DNA from: a virus
DNA length: 64,000 nt
Strand: one strand, 5' to 3'
IMG/VR virus record: IMGVR_UViG_3300036939_000082
Span: 32,001 to 96,000 of that record
Below are positions 54,401 through 63,442 of this stretch, in pieces; within the stretch, counting starts at the first letter, position 1, and each line of letters opens with the position of its first letter. The position numbers were made by a program, and so were the translations under genes. The notes beneath the pieces are model-generated. The model was not told the origin of the DNA. It was given only the letters and a program-made list of their open reading frames with translations, and ran no database searches.

Positions 54401-54775
54401 ATGGGAACTAAAACTCTAAAAATCCATGCAAACAAGGAAGATTTTCCATCTTCTGTTTCAACTGAAGAGGTCTTAAAACTCGTTGAACAAATGTGGGTTA
54501 ATTATGTCAAAAAAATACTCAAAGCTGTTCAAACAACAATTGAACTACCTAGCGAACGTTTGTCAGAAGAAGAATTAGATAAACTTTCTTCTGAAAGTTC
54601 ATTTGAATGTGATGTGTTTAAATGGAAATATTTAACACAAGATGAACCTACCTGTATAACAGGTAGTCTCGAAGTATCTTGTCCCGAGTGCACCCCAGAA
54701 ATCATTGGAAATCATTGGGGTAGCCCTAGCGAATACCCTTGGATTAAATTTTCAGAAAAAGTTTCTGATAAATAA
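54401..54775 (+). CDS. Hypothetical cassette protein
   Basis: TATAAT and CACAAAACAAACAAATG leader; terminator at 54834-54874. Confidence 0.7.
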   Translation: MGTKTLKIHANKEDFPSSVSTEEVLKLVEQMWVNYVKKILKAVQTTIELPSERLSEEELDKLSSESSFECDVFKWKYLTQDEPTCITGSLEVSCPECTPEIIGNHWGSPSEYPWIKFSEKVSDK

Positions 54776-54888
54776 CTCAAGTCTTGAGATAACAGCCATT
54801 AAAGCACTAGCAAGTTAATAATGGTTAAATGACAAAAAGCCTGCAATCTAAATCAATAGATTGCAGGCTTTTTTGTGTCAAATTTCGA

Positions 54889-55707
54889 TCAAAGCAAACT
54901 TAAACTGCTTCCTTGAGCCTTGAGAATCGCGATCGCCAGATCGAGATTCAACTGCATCGAATCCATTGCCATCATTCGCTGCTCAAGTTCTGATATTTGC
55001 CTCGACTGAGCGATCGCCATTGAACTCAAGCTACCGACCATTGCCATCAAAACATCTTGAGGTGTAGATTCTGGGGTTTTAAGTTCCCAGCGAATCCAAC
55101 TATTCGTCGCCATATCCCAATATTCAAATCCGTCGCCCACAGTCCTAAAAGTAGGATTCGGGACGGGATGCAAAACTTGGAACGATTCCGAATCCTCGCC
55201 TGCAACAGTTTTAACTTTTAACAGAAGGTTGCCCGGTTCGACAGCGGGAATTTTGACTCGAATTTTGCTCGAATCAATTACAGCAACGTCTGTAGCGGGT
55301 ACATCGCCAAAAAATACGGATGTCGCTGGTGTAAATCCGGAACCTTTAATCGTCGCGATCGCCCCGACAACAGGAGAATCCGCGCAAACAACCTTAATGC
55401 TGGGGGGAGGCTGCGGTTTTATCGGCGGGGGCGGTGGAGAAATTACAGAGTCGCTGTTGATCGCCACCCGTACTGCGTTGGACTTTACCCCGGCGCGATC
55501 GGCGACAACAAAGTAAGTTCCCGGAGGGACGGCTGGGACAACCGCCGAGATTTGAGTTTGGCTGTGGAATGTTGTCTTTAATTTTACAGTTTCCCCTAGC
55601 TGAATAAAAGTTTCCTTTGTAAATCCGCTGCCGTTAATCGCAATCCTTTTGTTTGGCAGTACCAGCCAAGGGGAGATTGACACAATGCGAAGAGGTTTAA
55701 GAATCAT
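54889..55707 (-). CDS. Tandem IPT/TIG (Ig-like) tail-associated protein
   Basis: Two I.GSGF...V.FG...S.T.I...VP repeats, Pro linker, C-terminal coiled coil. Confidence 0.8.
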   Translation of the reverse strand: MILKPLRIVSISPWLVLPNKRIAINGSGFTKETFIQLGETVKLKTTFHSQTQISAVVPAVPPGTYFVVADRAGVKSNAVRVAINSDSVISPPPPPIKPQPPPSIKVVCADSPVVGAIATIKGSGFTPATSVFFGDVPATDVAVIDSSKIRVKIPAVEPGNLLLKVKTVAGEDSESFQVLHPVPNPTFRTVGDGFEYWDMATNSWIRWELKTPESTPQDVLMAMVGSLSSMAIAQSRQISELEQRMMAMDSMQLNLDLAIAILKAQGSSLSLL

Positions 55708-55708
55708 G

Positions 55709-56278
55709 TTAGAAACTGTTCCCGAACGCGCCGTAATCGCCGATCATTTCTACGTCATCGTAAGATAGGGTCATTGACAGCGTACAAAGATCCTCGCCGT
55801 CCATGTCAAAGTCCGGGATTTCGCAAGAAGATGGGAAGACTCCAATTAACTTGCAAACAATAGGTGGATTCTCGTCATACAAGCGGTGATAAATAATTGA
55901 CACTAATTTTTTGTATTTAGGGTCAATCCCCGGAACAGCCCCGTAAGTTTTGGCAGCAACGTCGCCGCCGGTTGCGTTGACTAACTCCCTAGTTCGCGCA
56001 TAGGTAGCCCGCAAAGCAGAACCGCGGTCGATACACATGGAAAACCACCGCATATATTCGTTTCTAGCTTTGTCGTCGGCAAAGTCTAGTGTGATGCCAA
56101 AATCGCCCGGGTTGATCCGACCGATCGGAACTTTAGTTTTATCCGGGCGATCGGCTGTAGCAATTTCAATGTTGATTGCATCCCTAGTAATAATTCGGTT
56201 GCATTCAGGCAATCCTTCGACAACAAATCGCTGCTTGTTTTGAGGGATCGGATTTGGAGATAAAGTTGCTTTACGCAT
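55709..56278 (-). CDS. Tail tube protein
   Basis: Follows the sheath; gp19-like features (KLIGVFPSS..IPDFDM....TLSMTLSYD). Confidence 0.8.
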   Translation of the reverse strand: MRKATLSPNPIPQNKQRFVVEGLPECNRIITRDAINIEIATADRPDKTKVPIGRINPGDFGITLDFADDKARNEYMRWFSMCIDRGSALRATYARTRELVNATGGDVAAKTYGAVPGIDPKYKKLVSIIYHRLYDENPPIVCKLIGVFPSSCEIPDFDMDGEDLCTLSMTLSYDDVEMIGDYGAFGNSF

Positions 56279-56299
56279 TGTACAGAAACCTCAAAAAAG

Positions 56300-59200
56300 T
56301 TACAGAGAATTAGAACCCGTGCTACCAGTCCCAGTGCGAGATACTACAGTCTCCGGTCCCACAAAAATTTGCAGTCTTTCCAGTACCCCTGTCGGGACGT
56401 AGCTGTAATAAATGTTCAGTTCTCCATTGAGGATGGAAACCATCACGTCAAAATCGCCGCTTTCGCGTCCCGAAGAGTCAATTCTTACCGCCTGGTCAAA
56501 AGACAAATACCTAGTGTAAACGCCTTTTTGATATTCCCGTCGCGCAAAGCTTTCAAGAATTAGTACGATTTGCTGTGCCAATTCAGGTTGATTTGGTTGA
56601 AACAGCGCTTCTAAGAAGCTTTTTGCTTCTATAAAAATTCGCACGTAATTCGATTGGGTTCGTCGGACGTGGAGAAAAGTATAAATGTCGTCGATAGACG
56701 GACACCTTGCGCCAAAAACTATGACTCGGCCTGCATAGACTTTTATCGGTTGAATTCCGACCAAATTTAAAATTGCTTCGTCGCTAGGACTGGGAATAAA
56801 CGGCAGTTTTGTTACCCTCGACAATCGAGCATCAATCCCAGCAGCGGGGTAGTGGTAGCCTTCTGCTAAACTAGCTTTGGCGCTTTCTAGTCCCATAATG
56901 TCGCCCGAAAGCGAGACAAACCGATCGCCAGTTCCCCTCGGATTTGAAACGTACCCATAGGAAGGAAACGCAACTGATATACAGTCGTTGCGCTCTAAAT
57001 CTTGATTGACAAAAACCTCAGCTACGGCTGAATTGTTGATGTTTGATGGAATTTCTGCCCGATACTCAAATGCTTTTTGATAGGCATATTCAATGCCCGC
57101 CTTTTGAGTTGATATGTCGGCAATACCGGGAACTGCCATCCTCACGAGTCCGACGTTTCGTCCGAAGACGGCGGTTTCTAAATAATTCCGATCGAGGTCG
57201 AAATACTTCGTGAAGTTGTAAGGAGTCAATCTCGCCGTGTCGCCGTCGTACCCGGATTTTAAATATTCGGGGTAAGAAACCAAGAAGCGATCGCCGACTT
57301 TGCAGTAATTAGTAAAATCGTTGCCCTGATCTACAAGCAAATACCCGGAACGCATCGCTTCTGTACCCGACCGAACGTTTTCTGGAAACATAGTTTCCAA
57401 AATTAATTCGGTATCGCTCGGTATCAACCTAATTTTGCGAACGGTTCCCGATGTCGGGTCGTAGAGGTAATCGCCTCTCTTCAACTGCCTGCGGAAAATC
57501 GTTCTAGTACCCGTAACGTTTACACCGCTAGAACTGATCGATCCTTCTAGGGGTAAAGGAGCGCTGGCATTTTTTACCCTCATCCCGTTGCGCGGGTATT
57601 TGTAGGGGTTGGGATAAAACAGGCGACCGATGGTGGCAGAGTAATCGAAGTCGCCGACTGTATAGAGCCTTTGAGCCGCTAGCTCTAGTATTTTGCCCGT
57701 ACCGTTGCAGGGGCGAACGTCGGACTGCACTCCCGTCGTGTAAGTCGAACTCCACAATGCTTCGACAACGATCCACGTTTGGTAGTTTTGCCCCGATGTT
57801 CTGTAGCCGATGTTGCCGTCGTTGACGATCGTCTCGACAAAATAAGGATCGTCCCTTTCCAGGGAGGCGTCTGGAACCGACATCATCAGAGTTCCGTTGA
57901 AGTAGCACTTCAAGGAAAAATGAGTGTCTGGGTATCTGGTTCCCTGCCCGATTTCTACCGCCAACCCGACATTTTCCGGCTGTTCGAGTTTTACGCTAAC
58001 TTTTTGAGACTGTTTTGTTAGTTGAGAGTCGGTAAAACCGGAAGAAAAACGGGGGAATACTTTAAATCTCTGAAGGGCTGAATCGATTTCAACAACAGTG
58101 ACTGCTTCTCCCCGGCGGTTCGGATCGATAATTGCATCGCCAGTTTTTAGATCGGCTTCGTATTCTGAGTTGCGACCCGTGACCCACAAATTGTCAGCGT
58201 AGGCAGATGAACCGGCTAAAATCGGAAAATCAAAACCGGAAACAAGGCTCAAGGAAGTGGGAGAAGAAATTGACGCAATTTCTCGGCTGTATTCTTCGCC
58301 GTTATCTGAAAAATAGATAGAATCTCCGGGCTTCAATTCAGAGACAAATTCTGTTCCGACTCCGCTTACGATAAGGTTGTCGCGCTGCATCAACAAATCT
58401 CTGCCGTCGCTGGTAAAAGGCTCTGCAATAGTTAAAGTGGTATCGGAAGTAATACTTTCAATTCTTCTAGCTTCGCCGTTCAGATAGATGTTTGCGCCTA
58501 CTTTTAATTCCGAAACAAACAAAGTTGATGTTCCCGTAACCGTAGTCATGTTGGCGGTACACTGACCCGACAAATTGGTCAACAGGGGAAACGAGATCGT
58601 GCCGGAAAGCATTCGGGTCGTCGCATAACTCGCAGTTCCGTCTATAGAAATCGGACCCGACACTCCGTCGGCTACAAGGTCGTACTGAGCGCCTACCGTA
58701 AATACAACTTCGCCGGAATCGGCCGCTGCGGTGTTTGCAATTATTTCGTAGGTTTTGCCGGAGCTGGACGAAAAACGAACTTTCGCTCCAATAAATTCGT
58801 TGGATTCTACTAACGGTGCGACTATCGTAAAAGTCCGCGAAGTAGCCACAACAACTGTAGAAATCGGAATTTCATTTTTGTAGCCACCCCAGCGACCGGG
58901 GTTGGCAGCGGTAACTTTGAGAGCGTCCGCACCTTGACGGTTCTTGATAATTAGTTCCGCAGGTCTGGCGTTATCGATTTCAATTCGCGTCAGGAATAAA
59001 ATTCCCTTGCCGTTGGATGTTGCAAAAAAACCGTCGATCGCGTCGGGTCCGAGGTGAGCTCCATTTTCATACAAGTGCCACGCCGGATTCTTTGGATCTC
59101 CAAACAGTTCGAGATACTGTTTTTTCGAGGAAATTGGCACGGGGATGTTAGTTGGCCCGCGACGGGCGTTCATCCAAAACGCAACAGCTCCGTAACTGGG

Positions 59201-59302
59201 ATCGTCGAGCATACTCGCTGAACGCTGCTCGATTACGGAAACTCCGGGCGCGCCTTCAGGCGGTCCAAAAATCTTGATTGATTGTTGCAAAGCGCTAGGC
59301 AT
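56300..59302 (-). CDS. Contractile tail sheath protein with large insertions
   Basis: APGVSVIE, RGPTNIP N-terminus; GINPI-like GIQPI, V..GAR, HVRR, FQPN..L C-terminal sheath domain. Confidence 0.9.
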   Translation of the reverse strand: MPSALQQSIKIFGPPEGAPGVSVIEQRSASMLDDPSYGAVAFWMNARRGPTNIPVPISSKKQYLELFGDPKNPAWHLYENGAHLGPDAIDGFFATSNGKGILFLTRIEIDNARPAELIIKNRQGADALKVTAANPGRWGGYKNEIPISTVVVATSRTFTIVAPLVESNEFIGAKVRFSSSSGKTYEIIANTAAADSGEVVFTVGAQYDLVADGVSGPISIDGTASYATTRMLSGTISFPLLTNLSGQCTANMTTVTGTSTLFVSELKVGANIYLNGEARRIESITSDTTLTIAEPFTSDGRDLLMQRDNLIVSGVGTEFVSELKPGDSIYFSDNGEEYSREIASISSPTSLSLVSGFDFPILAGSSAYADNLWVTGRNSEYEADLKTGDAIIDPNRRGEAVTVVEIDSALQRFKVFPRFSSGFTDSQLTKQSQKVSVKLEQPENVGLAVEIGQGTRYPDTHFSLKCYFNGTLMMSVPDASLERDDPYFVETIVNDGNIGYRTSGQNYQTWIVVEALWSSTYTTGVQSDVRPCNGTGKILELAAQRLYTVGDFDYSATIGRLFYPNPYKYPRNGMRVKNASAPLPLEGSISSSGVNVTGTRTIFRRQLKRGDYLYDPTSGTVRKIRLIPSDTELILETMFPENVRSGTEAMRSGYLLVDQGNDFTNYCKVGDRFLVSYPEYLKSGYDGDTARLTPYNFTKYFDLDRNYLETAVFGRNVGLVRMAVPGIADISTQKAGIEYAYQKAFEYRAEIPSNINNSAVAEVFVNQDLERNDCISVAFPSYGYVSNPRGTGDRFVSLSGDIMGLESAKASLAEGYHYPAAGIDARLSRVTKLPFIPSPSDEAILNLVGIQPIKVYAGRVIVFGARCPSIDDIYTFLHVRRTQSNYVRIFIEAKSFLEALFQPNQPELAQQIVLILESFARREYQKGVYTRYLSFDQAVRIDSSGRESGDFDVMVSILNGELNIYYSYVPTGVLERLQIFVGPETVVSRTGTGSTGSNSL

Positions 59303-59724
59303 TATTCTTTAGCTCCTGGTAGTCCTTTGAATCCCGTACCCCTATAACCGGCTTCCCGAATCAGCAAAACCCGCTCGAACAACTGTCGGGTTCCGCCGCC
59401 GATCGGTTTGCGAGTTGGAGGCAGAGATTGTTCTTGTTCGAGAGAATCTAATTGGTCGTGATCGAATTCGAGCAGCGGATCGTCTTCGTCGATCATGATG
59501 CAGCCCGTCGAAACCAATTCTTGCGAATAAGGAAGGGTCTTTAGGTACTCTCGAATGAGGCTAATTTCGTCAAGACTAAAAAATCTCGGTTCGGTAGAAA
59601 CGTAAAACTCAGTGTCATCAAAATCTGGGTTTCCACCGTCGTATTTGTCGCCCTCAAAATCTTCGGGATATCGAATTTGTAAGGGTTCGCGATTAAATCT
59701 CAGATGAACTTGTTCGAGTACCAT
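59302..59724 (-). CDS. Hypothetical protein preceding the sheath
   Basis: Stop overlaps the sheath start. Confidence 0.65.
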   Translation of the reverse strand: MVLEQVHLRFNREPLQIRYPEDFEGDKYDGGNPDFDDTEFYVSTEPRFFSLDEISLIREYLKTLPYSQELVSTGCIMIDEDDPLLEFDHDQLDSLEQEQSLPPTRKPIGGGTRQLFERVLLIREAGYRGTGFKGLPGAKE

Positions 59725-59798
59725 GTTTGCTCCGATCTAAAAAGCCGGACTAATTAGGGTTAGCCCGGCTTGGGTAAATATTGAATTTTTCATTGAGT

Positions 59799-60119
59799 TT
59801 AATTTACAGTTACCTTCATTTCTGGTTTGGTAAATTTGGCAGAAGGAGTCTCATAAACCCACAGTCCCGGAACTTTGATTGTAAGTTCTGGAATTGTCTG
59901 AGTCGCGTACATTTTTTGATAAAACTTGACGTGCTGATCTTGAACTCCTTCTACAAAAATCAGGTAATGACCTGACGTGTAAGCGTCAACAGGAAGCCCG
60001 GGTTCGATCGCGCTGTTGTTAACAAAATGCAGTTTTGTTAAATCAATCGCTTCCACTTGACCTAAAATTTCTTTTTGATGGTCGGTGAGAGTTAGTGAGG
60101 CTGGAGTCGCTGTAGGCAT
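59799..60119 (-). CDS. Hypothetical protein (paralogue of 60121-60477)
   Basis: MPT...L.L.D.Q.E.L...VD.YT.GHY..F.EG shared. Confidence 0.75.
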   Translation of the reverse strand: MPTATPASLTLTDHQKEILGQVEAIDLTKLHFVNNSAIEPGLPVDAYTSGHYLIFVEGVQDQHVKFYQKMYATQTIPELTIKVPGLWVYETPSAKFTKPEMKVTVN

Positions 60120-60120
60120 A

Positions 60121-60477
60121 CTAGGACGTATAATTAATAGGGCTGATCGGTGCTGCTTGTACGTTCACCAAATTTGCAGGCGTAACGTACCTCTCGGTCG
60201 GACTTCCGTAAATAGTGATACCTCGGAAGCGAGTAGGCATTACAATTTCATAGCTTTTTCCGTACAAATACTGCAAAAACATCGCGTGTTCGGTAGCAGT
60301 ACCTTCAAGAAAAAAAACGTAGTGCCCGTTGGTATAGCCGTCAACTCGCACCGCAGATGGGTGCAAAGTTTCCCGCTTAATGATGTAGATAGAGCTGGGT
60401 GCAATATCTTTTTCAGCTAGCACTTCAAGCTGATCGTCACTAAGCGCTAGATTGTGAGGAACTGTTGGCATAAGCAT
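60121..60477 (-). CDS. Hypothetical protein (paralogue of 59799-60119)
   Basis: Same shared motif as its neighbour. Confidence 0.75.
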   Translation of the reverse strand: MLMPTVPHNLALSDDQLEVLAEKDIAPSSIYIIKRETLHPSAVRVDGYTNGHYVFFLEGTATEHAMFLQYLYGKSYEIVMPTRFRGITIYGSPTERYVTPANLVNVQAAPISPINYTS

Positions 60478-60480
60478 GGG

Positions 60481-60633
60481 TCGCGATCGCCTTAAACGAC
60501 GAAAGGGGCCCTAGGGGCCCCTGCATGGGTTGAGATGGAAATTTGGTGGTTACTGAATCCAGACGACACCAAACCAAAGTTGCGATTGCCTCAAACGACA
60601 AAAGGAACCCCGGGGTTCCTTGTATAGGTTGAA
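60481..60633. repeat. Two ~54-bp direct repeats with GC-rich palindromic cores
   Basis: tcgcgatcgccttaaacgacgaaaggggccctaggggcccctgcatgggttga versus ttgcgattgcctcaaacgacaaaaggaaccccggggttccttgtataggttga. Confidence 0.85.
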
Positions 60634-60685
60634 GTATTTTTAGTATTTAGCGTATGCTAACACTACAAGCGATTGGAATCAAGTT

Positions 60686-61333
60686 GTGAGAAAACTTTAC
60701 CTTACCCCCGACGAGGCTTCGACTCGATTAATAGCAGCTCGACTTTGCAGTCTTGAGTCTTTGCCGGATTTGCTAGAACTAGAAAGCTGGCTCACGATCG
60801 CCCAAGCAGAGATGGACAACTGGCTCCAGCAATGCTTGCTGCCAACGGAATACGAAGATTTTTTAGAACCCAACTATCAAGGGATACTGCATATTCCCCG
60901 ATCGCCCGTACTGGAAGTCAGGCGCATTACCGTTTCTTCACCGTCAGTATCGGTTGTGGGGGGGCGACAGATGATAGGACGATACGCTCCAACATCAGAG
61001 ATTGAAGTTTCAGCTATATGGGGCGGCGGGCAAAACATTGAAGTAGGCAGGTCTTGCTGTTCGCCTAGCAGTCAGCGGTATAAAGTGACTTATCTCGCCG
61101 GCTACGATCCTTTGCCCTCGATCGTCCCTCAAGTTATGTTCAACATACTGAGGCGGTTGATGGCTGGGATTGAACTGGGCGATCGAACCCGCCATTTAAT
61201 TAACGTTGGGTTGCAAGGCGGAATTTCGCAAACTTTTGCGGTTGGCAAGGAAGCTAAAAACCAGCGATCGTCAACCAACCTCGACGATTTAATGTCGCCG
61301 CTAGAGCGCTACCGGAAAAAACTATGGTTTTAG
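60686..61333 (+). CDS. Head-tail connector / adaptor protein
   Basis: AQAEMDNWLQ.C...P.SPVLEV...YKVTYLAGYDPLP..V adaptor pattern. Confidence 0.78.
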   Translation: MRKLYLTPDEASTRLIAARLCSLESLPDLLELESWLTIAQAEMDNWLQQCLLPTEYEDFLEPNYQGILHIPRSPVLEVRRITVSSPSVSVVGGRQMIGRYAPTSEIEVSAIWGGGQNIEVGRSCCSPSSQRYKVTYLAGYDPLPSIVPQVMFNILRRLMAGIELGDRTRHLINVGLQGGISQTFAVGKEAKNQRSSTNLDDLMSPLERYRKKLWF

Positions 61334-61719
61334 ACTTGAGTTCGCCCTGGTTCGACATGGAGGCTTTTCGACAGTGTTCCCTAGAACAGGGTACTCCGCT
61401 GTTTCTGTGTCAGAAAGGAATTGTCGAACCAGCAAATCCTGAATACGGGGTAAAAGCGCAAGTGGGATTTACCAGGCGATCTGTTCAAGGTCATATCGAA
61501 CGGAAACAGTCGAGAATTCCAACAGACGCAGGCTGGGTAACGACAGAAAAGATTTTTGCGTATATACTGGCGATCGAGTTCACAAACAAAGATGTTTTGC
61601 CCAACTCTCGCTTGCTAGTAGGCAGCATTTACTATCAAATGGAATTAGTTGATGAAATTTACAGTCGCGGTGTGGTGTTGCAGTACAAGTACAATTTGGT
61701 AAAAACAGATGGAATTTAG
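61324..61719 (+). CDS. Head closure / stopper-like protein
   Basis: 131 aa, overlaps the adaptor gene, beta-rich. Confidence 0.55.
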   Translation: MVLDLSSPWFDMEAFRQCSLEQGTPLFLCQKGIVEPANPEYGVKAQVGFTRRSVQGHIERKQSRIPTDAGWVTTEKIFAYILAIEFTNKDVLPNSRLLVGSIYYQMELVDEIYSRGVVLQYKYNLVKTDGI

Positions 61720-61821
61720 GAGTATATTAATCGTGGAATGGCAACAAGCTTTGGTGTTAATTTGTTTGACAATTTCAATAACGTTTGTATTATTTTTTAT
61801 CGCTCTCGATGAAAATATTAA

Positions 61822-62139
61822 ATGGTAGTTAAAGTGAAAAATACGCCTGAACATTATTACGCAATCGCCGAAATAGTCAGATCGTTCACACCGTTAGCGC
61901 TTACAGCCGCTGGAGCAGGAGTAGCTATTTACGTTATTACTGCAACAAACTTGTCCTCCGAAAAGTTTGCAATCGCCATTGGCGTTGCAAGTTCAGCATT
62001 AACAGGTGCTTGCGGTACTTACAATCCCCAGTCAAAAGAAAGAAGACAAGAACAAACACGAGTAGGTCATATCGATCGAGTAGATATTGAGCAAACTGTT
62101 GAAGAGAATGAAAGTGAAAATAGGGGTGATCGGTTATAA
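61822..62139 (+). CDS. Holin-like two-TM membrane protein
   Basis: Two hydrophobic helices and a charged C-terminal tail. Confidence 0.5.
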   Translation: MVVKVKNTPEHYYAIAEIVRSFTPLALTAAGAGVAIYVITATNLSSEKFAIAIGVASSALTGACGTYNPQSKERRQEQTRVGHIDRVDIEQTVEENESENRGDRL

Positions 62140-62739
62140 GAAATCATGAAAATTATACAAATTAATTTCTAGTTTAATTGGAAAAAAATGATATAATTCA
62201 ATTTTTCCTTTTCTTTCAATTTTTAAAATATGCAAACTAGGAGCTTGAATGTCGTCCGTTATATAAACAGCTTTAGTTATTTCATTTGTGCCTAATATAG
62301 TAGTTAGGGAGTTTTTTGCAGATTCTAGCGTTAGGTTTGTTATTTTATTAATAAAACCAATCAAATGCGGAGTAATTACAAAAAAGATTTCATTTGTATT
62401 TTCTGAAGATTGAAACTTATTGCAAATCAAATAGTTGTAGCAACAACCTCTATTGGTATAATTATTTTGTACTGTCTCAGTACATATTCTTATGCAAATC
62501 TTTAATTGCACAAAACTAGAAAAAAGTGCGTTACAAAGTTCATTATCAATGTAAAAATAATCTTGTTCATTAAACCCTTCCAAAGCAATAACGCAATTAA
62601 AAGCTTGCTCATCAAACTTATGAAATTTCAATTCATTTTTGTCTCTTGTAACGTCATAAAAGTGTAGTTGGACTTTTTCTGCCATTTGTTCTGCGATTTC
62701 AGGTGATTCGGGTGATTTAAATTTTACTGTTTTTAGCAT
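62134..62739 (-). CDS. Hypothetical protein, paralogue B
   Basis: MLKTVKFKSPES...FYDVTRD.NELKF.KFDEQAFNCVIALE shared with 62847-63437. Confidence 0.75.
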   Translation of the reverse strand: MLKTVKFKSPESPEIAEQMAEKVQLHFYDVTRDKNELKFHKFDEQAFNCVIALEGFNEQDYFYIDNELCNALFSSFVQLKICIRICTETVQNNYTNRGCCYNYLICNKFQSSENTNEIFFVITPHLIGFINKITNLTLESAKNSLTTILGTNEITKAVYITDDIQAPSLHILKIERKGKIELYHFFPIKLEINLYNFHDFL

Positions 62740-62747
62740 TTTTGTCG

Positions 62748-62820
62748 TTCTCCCCAAATTATTGCTTCCTGTATTCGGTTCATCGTTTCAATTATAGCAT
62801 TAAAATTTACAACCTCAATC
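62748..62820 (-). pseudogene. Duplicated 3' end of the ATPase gene
   Basis: IEVVNFNAIIETMNRIQEAIIWGE versus IEVVNFDAVIEAMNRIQEAIIWGE. Confidence 0.85.
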
Positions 62821-62846
62821 AAGATGTGATCGGTTGTAGGAAATTG

Positions 62847-63437
62847 TTAAAACTGTTCTCGTCCCCAATGAATTGTTAGATCGGTCGGAAAAAAACGATA
62901 TAATTTCGTTTCTCCGTTTCTTTCGATTTTTAGTATGCGATGCAACGTAGGTTCTTCAAAAGAAGAATCTCTTATACAAATAGCGCTTGTTACGGAATCT
63001 ATAATTGGGATAGGTTCTAAAATATTTTCTGCAATTCTTTTTATTAGAGTAGCAAAAAAAAGTAATTCAGGATTAATGACTAAAGGAATTTCATCCATCA
63101 TAGTTCTTGAAATTTGAAAAGTATTGCAAACTAAAAGTCTAAAGTGATGACAAGATGTTCGAGTAGTATTACATATTGCTAACTCTAAAATAATTCGAGG
63201 CTCTCTATGATGATAAACAGGTGCTATCCAACTTTCTTTGTTATCAACAAAAGAATAATCTCGCCAACTAAGATTTTCCAAAGCAATAACGCAATTAAAA
63301 GCTTGTTCATCAAACTTGTAAAATTTCAATTCATTTCTGTCTCTTGTAACATCATAAAAATATGATTGAATTTTTTTGGTCATTTCTTCCGCTAATTCAA
63401 GTGATTCAAGCGATTTAAATCTTACTATTTTTAGCAT
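62847..63437 (-). CDS. Hypothetical protein, paralogue A
   Basis: MLKIVRFKSLES start directly after the ATPase stop. Confidence 0.75.
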   Translation of the reverse strand: MLKIVRFKSLESLELAEEMTKKIQSYFYDVTRDRNELKFYKFDEQAFNCVIALENLSWRDYSFVDNKESWIAPVYHHREPRIILELAICNTTRTSCHHFRLLVCNTFQISRTMMDEIPLVINPELLFFATLIKRIAENILEPIPIIDSVTSAICIRDSSFEEPTLHRILKIERNGETKLYRFFPTDLTIHWGREQF

Positions 63438-63442
63438 TTCTA

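Noticed and set aside
42997-59302. Tailocin or extracellular contractile injection system
   Set aside because: Portal, protease, capsid and head-tail genes are present, so this is a phage.
60481-60633. Repeat-spacer-repeat as a mini-CRISPR
   Set aside because: Only two long, diverged copies, no cas genes or leader; a structured leader explains it better.
515-63117. Numerous antisense or alternate-frame ORFs in the track (e.g. 540-965, 3196-3819, 8495-8848, 36217-36831, 38100-38573, 57528-57908)
   Set aside because: They overlap well-supported genes and have no motifs or start signals; treated as shadow ORFs.
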